Below, piece after piece: positions 1 to 12,020 of a stretch of DNA of 64,000 nt. Numbering within the stretch: the stretch's first letter is position 1; each line of letters starts with the position of its first letter. The stretch comes from Microthyrium microscopicum (lineage: Eukaryota): positions 992,001 to 1,056,000 of the forward strand of contig MU004239.1 of assembly GCA_010405405.1 (NCBI GenBank), written 5' to 3'. The notes under the pieces are model-generated. The model saw only the letters and a program-made list of their open reading frames with translations, did no database searches and was not told the origin of the DNA. The translations under genes were made by a program, and so were the position numbers.

Positions 1-1505
1 ATTGGCGGCTTCAAAGGATTACGTATTAATCAATAGACTAAAGAAGCTTGTGCTGTTCGGATGGTCAGAATGGTATTGTTTTTATGAGGCTACAAATACA
101 ATGTTGAAGTTAAATCAAATGTTCTAGAATGATCAAATGTATGACATGCTAAAGCATGGATATGATCAACGTGAATGATCTTCGAAACTGGAGAAACAAC
201 GTTCAAATATTGTCACGCTGTGGCAGCGTGGCAGCGTGAGATGTTTCTATTTTGGATCCGCAGTCCCAAAATGGATAGAACACCACGATGTGACCGTTGC
301 ACCAGGTTCAATTGAGCCTAAATTGTTAGTTACACCAAGCCAAGGGAGTATGACACTGCCACAGTTGTCCAGTAAACAGTAAGAGAAGTATTATTGAGTT
401 GCAATTTGCCTGAGGCTGTAAATCAAAATAGAACAACCAGATCATGGTTCGCAACTATCGAGAGAAATGAGTGTTGAAGTTGCGCTCCTGAAATCGCAAT
501 TTCCTCATCGTGAAGACGCGGGTAGGAGAGATTTGGGGAGCCAATTGGACAAGCTGCACGTGTATTGTAGGGATGATCATTGGCCAGGTACCAGATGCTA
601 GAGAAGGTGGAACAGGAAAAAGCTGACAGCACAGAACAGGACTGTAAGGAGAAGACCGTGAGTCCGTACCACAAGCGCTTGAGGCCGAGAATTGGCAAAT
701 GAGCATAAGCCCCCACGACGGCTGAGTATTTTATAGCAGCATTAGGAACATGTGGTTATTTACATTCCAGAAAGGCCTTAGCAATGTGCTGCAGTTGTCG
801 AGGGTAGCACCAGCAAGGCCCATCAGAATCTGAAGGCAAGAAGGGTAATGTTCCTGAATTGCTGGGCGCTGCTTAAGCCAGGGTTACGGAGAAGACTCCC
901 ATTCGACAAATGCACACAGGCCTTGTGACCCCTGGGCCTATCAAGGGCATGAATGACAGGTCTGGCTGTGGATCTGGAGATTTCTTCACCCTCTCTCTCT
1001 TGTCTTGGTGGGTAATGCTTGTTGTGACAACTTGTCAGCGGTTTGACTGGCCTTCAAATGACTGACCGCTAGCCGGGTGCAATTGTGGTCTTGGTCAAGC
1101 CTTGCGTGCCTTGGTCAAATGGCAGGAGCGACCTAGACATAGCGAGGCTAGCTCCTTCCTCAGCCGTCGCTGCTAACATCACAACTGGCCAAGCGTGGAT
1201 CGCTCCTGCCGGTGTTAGTGTTCCCCCTGACCGTTCCTGCTTCTTGAGGCTGCGCCTAAAATAATATACTCTTGCCATCGCCAGGGCAGCGAGCTCAGCC
1301 TTCTCTTCTTCACACTTCCAACCTCTCCTTTGCGCTCCACTCTTCAATCTTCAATCTTCAGCTCGACTATTTCTTTCGCTTTCCAACTGCCAGTCACTCT
1401 TTTATAACAGCTCAGCTACAGTCTCTCGTTAACTTTTCGCTTCATCCCCTCCCATCACCTTCAATCTCACCTAGATTTCACTTGAGAATCAATTAATACG
1501 CAAAA

Positions 1506-2395
1506 ATGGTTGGAAAATCTGTTCTCGCTGTCGCCGCTGGCGCTACAGCCGTTGCTGCTTCCTGCGCTGCTCCAGTAAGTTCTACGCGAAAGTGTCAACA
1601 AGAGCAGTATAGCTAACATATCAACAGTCTACCCAGCTCGCTGGTAACTCCATCTTCCAGCCATCTGGATCAAGCACCCCTACTATCGGTGCTCCATACA
1701 CCATCAGCTACGATGGAACTGGTCTCTCAAACTCCTTGACCTTCTACCTCCTCAAGGGACCATCCACCAACATCATCAACATTGGAACTCTTGCCGCTGG
1801 TGTTGCCAACTGCGGAACTGCTAGCTGCACATTCCAATGGACTCCAAGCTGTGACCTCGAGGCTACCACCACCAACATGGGATACGGTATTCAAATGGTT
1901 GATGATGCTACTTGCATGTATCAATACACCACTCAATTCGGTCTCAACGCTGGAAACTGCGCCGTGTCGAGCTCTGTTGCACCACCAGCTTCATCTTCCG
2001 CACCAGCTCCAATGTCCTCCTCCAAGGCCGCACCACCAGCTTCCTCTTCCAAGGCTGCCCCGGTCTCCTCCGCACCAGCCAGCTCCAAATCTGCTCTCGC
2101 ACCATCCAACTACCCAACTTGGTCCAGCTCCTGGAAGGCCGCTCCTACCGGTGGTTCCAGCCCATCATGGGGATCTGGTTCAGGTTCAGGATCCGGCTCC
2201 GGCTCCGGCTCAGGAACCTGGGGTGCCGCAGCACCATCCAACACCACCTCCAACTCTACCTCCTACACCCCACCAGGTGTCAGCGGTGGTGCTTCTCCTA
2301 GCTACACTCCTCTCCAGTCTAACGATGGAGCTCGCTTCGCTGTCAGCGGACTCGGTGCCCTCATCGCCATCGCTGCCTCCGTCATGCTCCTATAA
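1506..2395 (+). CDS. GPI-anchored Ser/Thr/Pro-rich cell-wall protein (Kre9/Knh1-N-like extracellular domain), about 278 aa
   Basis: ATG 1506 with signal peptide MVGKSVLAVAAGATAVAA; intron 1575-1627 (GTAAGT..CTAAC..CAG) joins in frame to the 1736-2395 ORF; LLKGP and YQYTTQF segments; S/A/P- and GS-rich stalk; hydrophobic GPI-type C-terminus. Confidence 0.85.
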
Positions 2396-4345
2396 ATGCC
2401 AACAACAAAAAGCACGTCTGCATAATAGTTTCAGATTCCACCTCTGGTCTTTGAGGTAGCAGCACGGGTCGGGCGGAAGTGGGCTTTTTTCTCTGGCGTA
2501 AATCTTGCAAAGCCAACAACCAATACCCACAGGCTCCACCGGCCTGCATAATCATTGGGGCTTGCAGCTTTGCAGTTTTACTTGCCAAAAAACCATACCC
2601 TTGTTTCAGCGATTGTTTTGTTCCCGCTGTATCAAATATTTTGTGTAAATTAATTTAATGAAGAGGGCGAAGGTGTTGGGATCAACGGGGCCCCCATGAT
2701 CACAAGGAGTTGATGTGGAAATCTGAAAGTCGTTTATTACCGTGTTTTTCTTCGCTTCTTGATGTCTATATACTGATATCCCTACCTTTGTGTTGTTTTC
2801 AACGTTTTATTTCTTATGTTTTCATACATTGTATTCGAAATCGCACGGCATGGACGTATACCTGGCATCGATTCTGGCTGCATTTTGGTTTTTGGCCGAT
2901 TTAAAGCGCTGTTCTCGGATAGAGATATACCCCCCTATGAATGATGGTTCTACTTTAATGCTCTATCTTTCTGTCCCAATGTCTGTGAGCCTATGTACTT
3001 AATTCATAAGCCATGATATTTGTGTATAGATTCGATGCCTTGGTTAATTACCATTTCCTGCCTGCCATTTTTGTTCCAAAATTACATCCGCTGTACGTGA
3101 TCGAAGAATTCTAGAAGCATAAACATGTTAATTGAACGTTGGATCTTGTGTCCCGAATTGTTGGATTCATATTAATTTTGCCCTTGTAAGCGCGTCGTCC
3201 CGAGTCCCGATGCCTTATTACCTTTACCATTATCGCGGATGGATAGATTAAGCGTTCACTTTTAAGCAAGGGTTTGATTTCTATGGCAGTTCTCGAAAAG
3301 AATGGATTGCTACTGTGATAATGACCGTTGAAGTTTAGAGGGTCTTTGGATGAGTATGAATGTATTAGGAAATGAGGCTCGTATCAACTATCAACAACAA
3401 ACATTTAGCATTCACGAATGGCATGGGCAACACGAAACAGAATGAAGTGAACTAGGTGCACGGAATGTAGTCCGGCTCCTCACTTGCCAAAGAAGCAACC
3501 CTTGTTTGCAAGCTTAAAGACAGATATGGGTGCGTAATTGCCGATCGGTGTATCTTCACTCATCCATCAATAGAAAAACAAGTTGACAAATTAAAACTTT
3601 ACGATGGTGATATTATGGGACGTAGTGGTATCTTTACTCTTGTGCAAATCACGAATTTTGTATGAGGTACTGCTTTGCCGCCTCTTTACTTTAGGAAATT
3701 TGCATCTTGACGAAGCGAGGAAGCATTTTTATCATCGGCCTTTGTTCTGCGGTAACTTTCATCCACCGCATTGATATAAAAAGGTCGGCCGTAGCCGTTT
3801 GTGCGCTTTTAGCGATGCAACGCTTATGCAGGTACAAATGGGGGAGTGGATCTAGTGTGCTTCCACGAGGCACGCGTTATTGGACTCAGTTACCGCTGAA
3901 ATCAAATAGTTTTGACGTGGGGCGTACGGGAATAGTGAAACACGATGCGACTACTTTAGTACCGTGGGAATATCAAATTCCTAGGACACACTTTTCGTTT
4001 GCTATGACTTTACCATCGCGAGTCTTTGGCGCTGCAACTGCAAGTCGGTCGATTTGACGCGGAGAGACGACTTCGAGTTTTAATCTCACTGCCTTTATGT
4101 CAGTTGACGCTGTCATGGTCGCCTTACACCTGGGAAGCTCGCGATACTGGTAGACACGAGTATGAATTCTGATATTGCTTGCAGAATCTGGAGATTATTT
4201 CATGAGAAGGGAAGCATGTCAGCCCATGAGGATTTGGAGTCGTGTGGTCTTCTGATTGGTTTGAGCCTGGTTCCTTGCGCATCTTGAATCTTCTCCTCCG
4301 GCATCAGAAAGCAAGACAAGACAACCACCAGGCAAGGCGCGAGTC

Positions 4346-6724
4346 ATGCCTACTACCGTCCAGCCACACGCAACTCCTTCTACGCGGCATCGAATGTCCA
4401 AATTATTCGGCCTCGAGCGTCTTAGAGTCCATCGACAGCGTAGGAACCTAGCCGGAGCGACTAACATTGAGACCGAAGACTTTGCTGACCTGAACGATGA
4501 TGTTGAGGACTGTGCTTCTCTCAAGAATCAGATTGACGAACTGCTTCAGCCCGACCAAGTTCGGCATGGCGATCGGGTAGACCTCCATAGCATATGCAAT
4601 GCCTGCCGCAAGGTTTTCAAAAAGTCACCAATGATCAGCAAAAACTCGTACTCGGCAATAATGAAATCCCCCGACCATAAGGAAGTCCATCAACTGCATG
4701 AGAATCTTCAGCATCTCCGTGCATCAGGGGATAGTCGTTGTCATTTCTGCACCTTGGTTTGGAAGGTTTTGTGGCCTTCGTTTACGGCGAAAGCCGGGAA
4801 AATCCAACCTCAGAAGTTGTTGCGACAGGCAGTAATATTGGAAATCCGACCCCGTCATGACGCATCTCCGACTGATACACTTTGCGAACTGGAAATTGTT
4901 TGTGGGGATATAATGCAAGACAAGAGACAAGGAGGCATAGGTTGTGCTGGCGATCGATATCCAGATATGTTGGTCAGCTTCGTTCAAGGACTCCATAACT
5001 GGTCAGACTCGGAAGCAAAGTATCGGAGACGTTCGGTCCATCCAGCGCAGACTTACTTTTCCACTTCCTCTGACGAGCACATGGCCCTTGCCCAATATTG
5101 GCTAAACGAGTGCTCTAGTAAGCATGAATTGTGTAATTCACACGTGGACAGCAGCTTCATGCCAACTCGAATGCTCTATGTCGGGGCAACTAAAAGCGAC
5201 TACGTCAGACTTCATTGCTCGAATGTCCAAGATAGAGGAACCAAGTATTGCACCTTGAGCCATACCTGGGGTGGTGTAAAGGACGCTCTCACTCTCCTGA
5301 GTACCAACCTTACTACTCTACAACAGGGTATATCGCTTTCATCATTACCAAAAACTTTCCGCGATGCTGTGACTATCGTACAAGCGCTAAATATACAGTA
5401 TCTATGGATCGACTCCATCTGTATCATGCAAGACTCTGTGGAAGATTGGACTAGTGAAGCAGCTCTAATGGGCTCTGTTTACGCCAACTCAGCATGCACT
5501 ATCATGGCCTCCGCAGCTAAGGGCCCTCATGATGGTCTATTCGCTTACCGCGATCCTCTTGCTTTCTTTGCCTGTAAAGTTGCAGGTTCCCTTGAGACTG
5601 GCACATTTGCATCCTGCGGCTCAACAAGCGCAGTGCTCTTGGGCCAGTCTCATCTAAATTCTCGAGGTTGGATCAAACAGGAGCGAATCCTCTCTCCAAG
5701 AATGCTCAATTTTGAGACTAGTGGCATATCATGGTCCTGTCTCCATGGCACGGCTACGGAAAATGAGAGAGACGGTATGGGATATTCCATTGCCAGGAGA
5801 CGCTCTGGGACGGCCTTCTATGCTGAGCAGAACACGCTTTTGCAAAGGATATTTGGAGAGAATATACAGCACGTGGACTGGACCATTGGATCAATAGATG
5901 ACGCTCGTGATTGCAGTCTGCGCGAGCTGGAAATGTATGCACAAACTGGCTCTTTGGACGACAAACTGTTTCTGGATCGATTCGACCGATATTGGAAGAA
6001 TTTGATATCTCTTTACAGCTACTGCGAATTCACAAACTTGAGCGACAAGCTCATTGCTCTTAGTGCGATAGTCCAGAGATTGCAAAAGGCCTCCGGATAC
6101 ATGTATTTTGCCGGAATGTGGTCTCCAACGCTTATGGGCGACCTGCTTTGGTCAAGCCCTTACTTCAAACCGAGGCCGTCCGAATATCGAGCGCCGTCGT
6201 GGTCTTGGGCGTCGATTGAGGGGTGGATCAGCTTTCCAAACACAGAGGTTACCAATTCACCAAGGACAGAACCCATGGCAAAGTTTCTGTCTTGCGAATG
6301 TACAACCCATCCCCTTGACATATTCAAGACAGGAAAGGTTCTGGATGCACAGCTCCGACTCTCAGCTAAACTGCGCCCTTGGAAGACTGGCCTTGGAAAG
6401 ATTTTCAATAGTTCCCACGATCTATTGCTGAGAGAAAAGTCTATTGGTGAGGTAAAGCCTGATTGTGTAGCGCTTGATCTCCAAGATATTCATCTGAAGA
6501 ACCTGTACTTGTGTCCTCTGGAAAAGTATGTTTGTCGCTCCGGGCAGACAGATGATGGTAGTTACATGTCTATCAAGGGGTTAGCTGTGCTACCTCACGC
6601 GGGAGGCTCTAATCATTACGAACGAATTGGGACTTTTGCTTTACACTCGACCTACCACTACACTTGGGCGGATGCAGAGAGTTTATTGGATAGCTATCCT
6701 ACTCAAGATATTGTACTTCGCTAA
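4346..6724 (+). CDS. HET-domain (heterokaryon incompatibility) protein, 792 aa
   Basis: Single ORF with motifs PTRML, YCTLSHTWG, LPKTFRDAV, YLWIDSICIMQDS, MGSVYANS, RGWIKQERILSPR, DKLIALS, YRAPSWSWAS. Confidence 0.93.
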   Translation: MPTTVQPHATPSTRHRMSKLFGLERLRVHRQRRNLAGATNIETEDFADLNDDVEDCASLKNQIDELLQPDQVRHGDRVDLHSICNACRKVFKKSPMISKNSYSAIMKSPDHKEVHQLHENLQHLRASGDSRCHFCTLVWKVLWPSFTAKAGKIQPQKLLRQAVILEIRPRHDASPTDTLCELEIVCGDIMQDKRQGGIGCAGDRYPDMLVSFVQGLHNWSDSEAKYRRRSVHPAQTYFSTSSDEHMALAQYWLNECSSKHELCNSHVDSSFMPTRMLYVGATKSDYVRLHCSNVQDRGTKYCTLSHTWGGVKDALTLLSTNLTTLQQGISLSSLPKTFRDAVTIVQALNIQYLWIDSICIMQDSVEDWTSEAALMGSVYANSACTIMASAAKGPHDGLFAYRDPLAFFACKVAGSLETGTFASCGSTSAVLLGQSHLNSRGWIKQERILSPRMLNFETSGISWSCLHGTATENERDGMGYSIARRRSGTAFYAEQNTLLQRIFGENIQHVDWTIGSIDDARDCSLRELEMYAQTGSLDDKLFLDRFDRYWKNLISLYSYCEFTNLSDKLIALSAIVQRLQKASGYMYFAGMWSPTLMGDLLWSSPYFKPRPSEYRAPSWSWASIEGWISFPNTEVTNSPRTEPMAKFLSCECTTHPLDIFKTGKVLDAQLRLSAKLRPWKTGLGKIFNSSHDLLLREKSIGEVKPDCVALDLQDIHLKNLYLCPLEKYVCRSGQTDDGSYMSIKGLAVLPHAGGSNHYERIGTFALHSTYHYTWADAESLLDSYPTQDIVLR

Positions 6725-7409
6725 GTATACTTAGGTAGGTCTCTAGGCAATGCAGTTCAAAAATAAACGAAGTGAGTGAAGTTACCATTGCCCCGGAATT
6801 GAAGACTACTCTAAAGAGACTAGTACAAATCGCGCTAGGCACAAAAACTCTCCGTACTCCGATTTGGCGGCTTTAGCGTCAGTCCTTTCTTCTCGGGTTC
6901 CTCGCTTCATCTCACAAGACTCAATCCTACAGATCCTTCTGTACTCATACGACGTGTCTTATCTGCATGACTCTTGATGTTGCGTCGTGAGTTGAATACT
7001 GAATTCTGACGCTGACATCTCCTGCGATTGGGACTCGCTAGCGCATGGGTAAGCGAACGATCCAGCCAAATAGTCCCAACTAGGAAATATTAGCCTATAC
7101 CACAGCGATGGCAGCGCATCGTGCTTGGCCTCACCAATGAAGGAAGTAGTATGCTAGGGTGAGTCGGATATTCTTTAGTCCTTCAACGGCCGAAATGTAT
7201 CAAGTGGCACAGCTTACAATCCTCGCGTAGATCTCTCTTCAGGGTGAGGCGATGTTCACATCATCTTAGATATTCTCAGAGTTGATATGGACGACATATA
7301 AAGATGAGTACTCGGATGATTGAAAAGGAGCCATAATGCTTCAAAGTCAATCCATTACAACAATATCAGTTTCCAATATCATTTCCAGCTTTCTTCCTCC
7401 TCAAACTGC

Positions 7410-9124
7410 ATGACCAACTCAATGGACTCAACGGAAGAGAAAGAAGAACATTACAAGGGTTGGCCGAACTCGCATGGTGTATGGAATTCATTCTGCTCTT
7501 TAAAGTAGTGACCTAACCTTTCCAGTTCGACCCGGATTTTGAAGTTCTCGAACCAGTCGAGCTTCAAATCACAGGAAAAATCCCCCAATATGCCGCTGGA
7601 ACTCTGTACAGAACTGGCCCAGGGAAGCGACAAGTCCAAGCCGACAACGGGAAAGTCTACACAATCGATCACTGGTTTGACGGATTCAATCAAGTCCATC
7701 GATTTCAAATTGTATCAGAAAATGGTACTATTCGAGCATACTACAACTCTCGTATGACTGTGGACAACATACTTCAGAACATTCGGAGAACAGGCAGACT
7801 CGACGGTTTCACATTTGCACAAAAGAACGATCCATGCCAGAGTTATTTCCAAAAGTTCCAGAGCCTATTCTTTCCTGCAACGCCTCCTACCCCTGATGAT
7901 GAAAAGTCATCTCGTAACGTGGGAGTTACTGTGGCCATCAGCATGCCTGGCTTGAGTAATTCAGATGGCGACAAACAGAAGACTAGCTTTCTCACTCTCA
8001 AAACGGATGCGACCCAGATGTCCAGAATTCATCCAGAGACTTTAGAGCCAATTGGTCTCGCCACGCAGGCGTTACTTCACCCCGATCTTACCGGGCCTCT
8101 ATCCGCAGCTCATTGTAAATCGGATCCAGTCACTGGTGACATATACAATTACAACTTGGATATTGGATCTAGTTGCACCTATCGTATATTCCATGTCTCT
8201 GCCAGGACAGGAGAGACTCGGATTCTCGCCAAATTTACTGGAGCTGGTGCTTACATCCACTCCCTCTTCCTCACAGCTGACCATGTCATTCTATGTGTAT
8301 GGAACAGTCACTACTCCATGGGAGGTCTCAAAATGCTCTGGGAGAAGAACATCCTAGACGCAATCGGGGACTACGATCCATCCAAGCCAGCAACGTGGTA
8401 CGTTATCCACCGGCGGGAAGGTGGTTTGCTAGCTACCTACGAGAGCCCAGCGTTCTTTTCCTTCCACTCGGTAAATGCTTGGGTAGAAACCAAGGGCGGG
8501 AGCTCATATATTGTCGCCGAATTGGCAGCATACGATAACCTTGATATGCTCAAAAGAGTTTATTACGAAAATCTCATGTCCAATGGGAAAGTCGCGAAAT
8601 CAAGTGGTGATCAAATGGCCAATAGTGCTAGAAGCACACTTCGTCGATATCGTCTTCCTGCTGTTCCTACTTCAACGAATCTCAAGTCAAAGTCAAAGGC
8701 GAAACGAATTGCCGTTGTTGAATGGACCGCCCCGTATGATGTTTCGCCTGAGTTGCCAACATTGAATCCTAACTTTCTAACTATTCCACATCGGTATACG
8801 TATGGTATTATCGACCGTGCAAAAAGTTCACTGTATGATGGGTTGGTCAAGTACGACTCACTAACCAAGGAAGCGAAATACTGGGAAGAATTTGGGCATA
8901 CTCCAGGCGAAGCCATTTTTATTCCGGATCCGAACTCCAAGGAAGAAGATGGCGGTGTCTTGTTGAGCGTGGTGTTCGATGGTATCAATGATCACAGCTA
9001 TCTCATTTGCCTTGATGCTCGCACAATGACTGAATTGGGAAGAGCGGATGTTCGCGGCGTTGTAGGTTTTGGTTTTCATGGAGCTTTTGCACCAGCAGTA
9101 GGCTCAGCGCAACCTCAGGTATAA
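7410..9124 (+). CDS. Carotenoid cleavage oxygenase (RPE65/CCO family), torulene dioxygenase CarT/CAO-2-like
   Basis: Exon 1 7410-7478 (..GWPNSHG), intron 7479-7525, exon 2 FDPDFEV..GTLYRTGPG..HWFDG in frame with the 7754 ORF; four Fe-ligand His candidates (AAH, YIHS, FHSVNAW, GFHG) plus EAIF and EDGG motifs. Confidence 0.9.
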
Positions 9125-9380
9125 CGATGTTTTGGTTCAGCGGCATATATAAGTTTCACGAATTGATCATTTAGGAGAAAGTCTGATTTTTTCAGTATTC
9201 GAATTGTGACAGACATAAGTATGCTTGGATAGTATTGGGTATCAAATCGAGCATTACGATCATTCTGTCATGCATTTAGCTTCGTTAGTTCGTGTAGGAG
9301 ATTGTCATGACAATGAACGTTTACTATTCCAAAATTAGTATGGGTAATCGCAACATTGTTGAGCACGGTTGACTGACTTT

Positions 9381-10178
9381 TCATCTGTCATTTTTTTCAT
9401 GCCACTTGTCATCCTGTCTATCGTCTTTTCGCTGATGTTTCTCCCACATCTTGTCAGCCAGGCCCGCGCCAATAGCTCCAACAACCGCGCCTATCAAAGC
9501 ACCCATCTTGTCCTTTCCTCCTGTAGCCTCATTTCCAAGGTATCCGCCTGCGATAGCGCCGGCTAGACCCGCTCCAAGATGATGGTCCTTCTCGTCATTC
9601 CGAGAGCGAGTACGAGATCGACTTCTACGGCGTGGTCTCTGATTATCGCGGCGTGTAGAGTAGCTGCGGGCGCGCGTGCGCTGCTCGCGAGGTGTTGGCA
9701 ATAATGTTTGATAGGGTTGCTCGTCGACATATTCCGGTCGTCTTCGACTCTGATAACGGTCGTTAGCTCACAGATATACTTTGACGCTTTACCAAACAGA
9801 ATTTGGGTGCGAAAGGTGGGGCAAACATACTCTACCATCATCTCGGTTTTCGCGTCTACTCACGGCGTGACCATGACTATCATCAGGCTCTTGAACAGCC
9901 AAGTAATTGTTGCGACCACCCCTTGGCCGCTCTTCAGGTTCGTAGTCATCTTGAGGGTCGTCGACTTCCTGCGGAGGAGCTGCTGGTACAGAAGAAGCTC
10001 GGTTTCGATGTCTGCGCTTTCTGACTAATTGGGGAAGCTGGGCTCCTCTATCGTAGATGGTATCGTGATACCGACCTGTGAGACGATCAAAGCCCTCAAG
10101 GCCCAGTTCCTAGATGATGATTTAGCTGACGATATCGAGCCAAAGATGTTCAAGCACACGAACCAATGCATCGGCCAT
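9381..10178 (-). CDS. Fungal glycine-zipper protein with RS-rich low-complexity region
   Basis: ATG 10178 (MADAL), introns 10163-10110 and 9830-9750 give a continuous frame ELGLEGFDRLTGRYHDTIYD..RSRSRTRSR..GAGLAGAIAGGYLG..GALIGAVVGAIGAG. Confidence 0.8.
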
Positions 10179-10391
10179 TATTTTGAGTTTGGCGGGAGTG
10201 TGTCTAGGTTGATGCTGGTTGCAAAACGTTCCACGGAACAATAGTTGACGACAGCTGGGGTTACCGTGCGAAAGTACCGGTAAAGTAGCTCAACGGGTGG
10301 GCGACGTAAAAGTTTAATCTGTGAACTGCCAGAATTGGTTCAACTGGTCATCGTCCTGGTGCTTGGCGCAAGTCAACTTTTGCGGCTGTCA

Positions 10392-10801
10392 CAGTGTTGG
10401 CACTCGAGTAAGTACTAAAACTAGTCTAGTCTAGTATACTAGTACTCGAGTACTAGTAGTCTAGTATTTTAAAAGCTCTAACTAGTCTAGTACGAGTACT
10501 AGTATTTATATTTTTTAAGACTAGTCTAGTAGAGTAAGTACTTAGTACTTTAAGACTAGTACTAGTCTAGTACTAATACTACTAAGCTTTACCCTTTTAC
10601 TAATAAAATACTAGAGAATACTAGTACTAGACTAGTACTAGAGTGCTAGTAGTCTAGTATTTTAGATAATCTAACTAGTCTAGTACTAGTACTAGTACTA
10701 GAAATTTCGTTAACTAGTCTAGTAGAGTACTCATTTTTAAAACGCCATACTAGCCGTACTAGTACTAGTACTCGACTAGACTAACTCGAGTTCCAACACT
10801 G
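10392..10801. mobile_element. Non-autonomous hAT-type MITE, 410 bp
   Basis: TIRs CAGTGTTGG(C/A)ACTCGAGT match at 17/18; perfect 8 bp TSD GGCTGTCA at 10384-10391 and 10802-10809; interior made of ACTAGT/AGTACT palindromic motifs with no ORF. Confidence 0.9.
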
Positions 10802-12020
10802 GGCTGTCACTCGTTGTCGATCATAAACAGGGAAAGATGGCGCTTACACCAATGACGTAACAGAGCGCTTGGCAGCCTTATGCTCAGCCTTGTCTTCAGC
10901 CTCATTGCTTCATACCTATTGTCAACTCAACATCAAACGGTAACAACTACCTACTTCTCGTGGCCATAATATCATGCAATAAAACTTTAGTTACGACTAA
11001 CAAGTGAAGAAATCTTACAGTTTATTACATGAACATGATATGCCCTAAAATATCGGGAGGTTAGGCTCAGTCAGGCTCAATGGCCAGATCAATCGTGCAT
11101 TATGGCGTCCAGGCCGTCTGATCCTATTAATACTAATCCTCGCCCACAATAGACTTCCTCTTAAACGCTCAGCTCAATCGATTAGAGGGCCTGCGGCTCA
11201 AATCTACCGAGCGAGATAAGGACATGGCATTAATGAATTACAGGGCCAGAATATCTCGTTCATTAGAGCATTTCAGAGTAAGACAAACCAGGATTTAATA
11301 TCACCTTCAGAAAGCCGTGTCAAAGTATACGTCGCCGATGTATGCACAAAATGCTCATGTTTCGCATCTTGACAATTGGGGACTATAGGTAGCTATAGGT
11401 CAAAGCCGACTGAGAAAATATAATCTGCGTTAAAAACCTACGTCTTTGGATAATAGACATGTGCGATAACTTGGGAATAATATGTGGCTGGCCAGGGTAT
11501 TTCTCCATAGGGTTGACGATCCTCCTGAATGATCAAGCAAATTTCGTTTCGCTTAGCTATGTGCGTGAGGTACATAATCTAGCAATATATCCACGCGTGA
11601 GCGCTATGAACTTTTCAATTTGACTGGCTTCAAGATTCGTACCTTAAACACCTGAGACCTTATAGCTGTCTTAGTTTTCCCAGGTTTGGTCTTTGAAAAA
11701 GCTAATATCAATTTATAGCAGCGATCATGAATATATTTTCCGCTTCGGTTGTACATCCGATCCACGACGCTTCTCCATTTGGACAATCATACATTACTTG
11801 ACAATGTGTTCATCTGCCGCTTACGAAAACGGGTCCTGTTAATCTAGACCTGCTTGATCGGTGGCATTAGATTTGCAAAATAATGTAAACCATAAAGGTC
11901 CTGCGAAGCAGATCGGCAGGGTCCAGTCAAATTTCTGCATCTTCTCGCAATACTAGAAAGGTCTTTGTTCATTTTCGAGAGACGACTAGACAAGAGCTAT
12001 AATTTGTTCGCGTGTTCACA

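Noticed and set aside
1..128. Possible 3' end of an upstream gene on the plus strand
   Set aside because: Only about 40 open codons with no recognisable motif
2170..2215. GGTTCA/GGCTCC hexamer repeat
   Set aside because: Simply encodes the GS linker of the GPI protein
3707..4057. 116 aa ORF upstream of the HET gene
   Set aside because: TTG start, no recognisable features; probably intergenic
7410..9124. Carotenoid or retinal gene cluster
   Set aside because: No phytoene synthase, desaturase or opsin gene in this window
10400..10790. CRISPR-like or satellite array
   Set aside because: No constant repeat with unique spacers; eukaryotic context; TIRs and TSD explain it as a MITE
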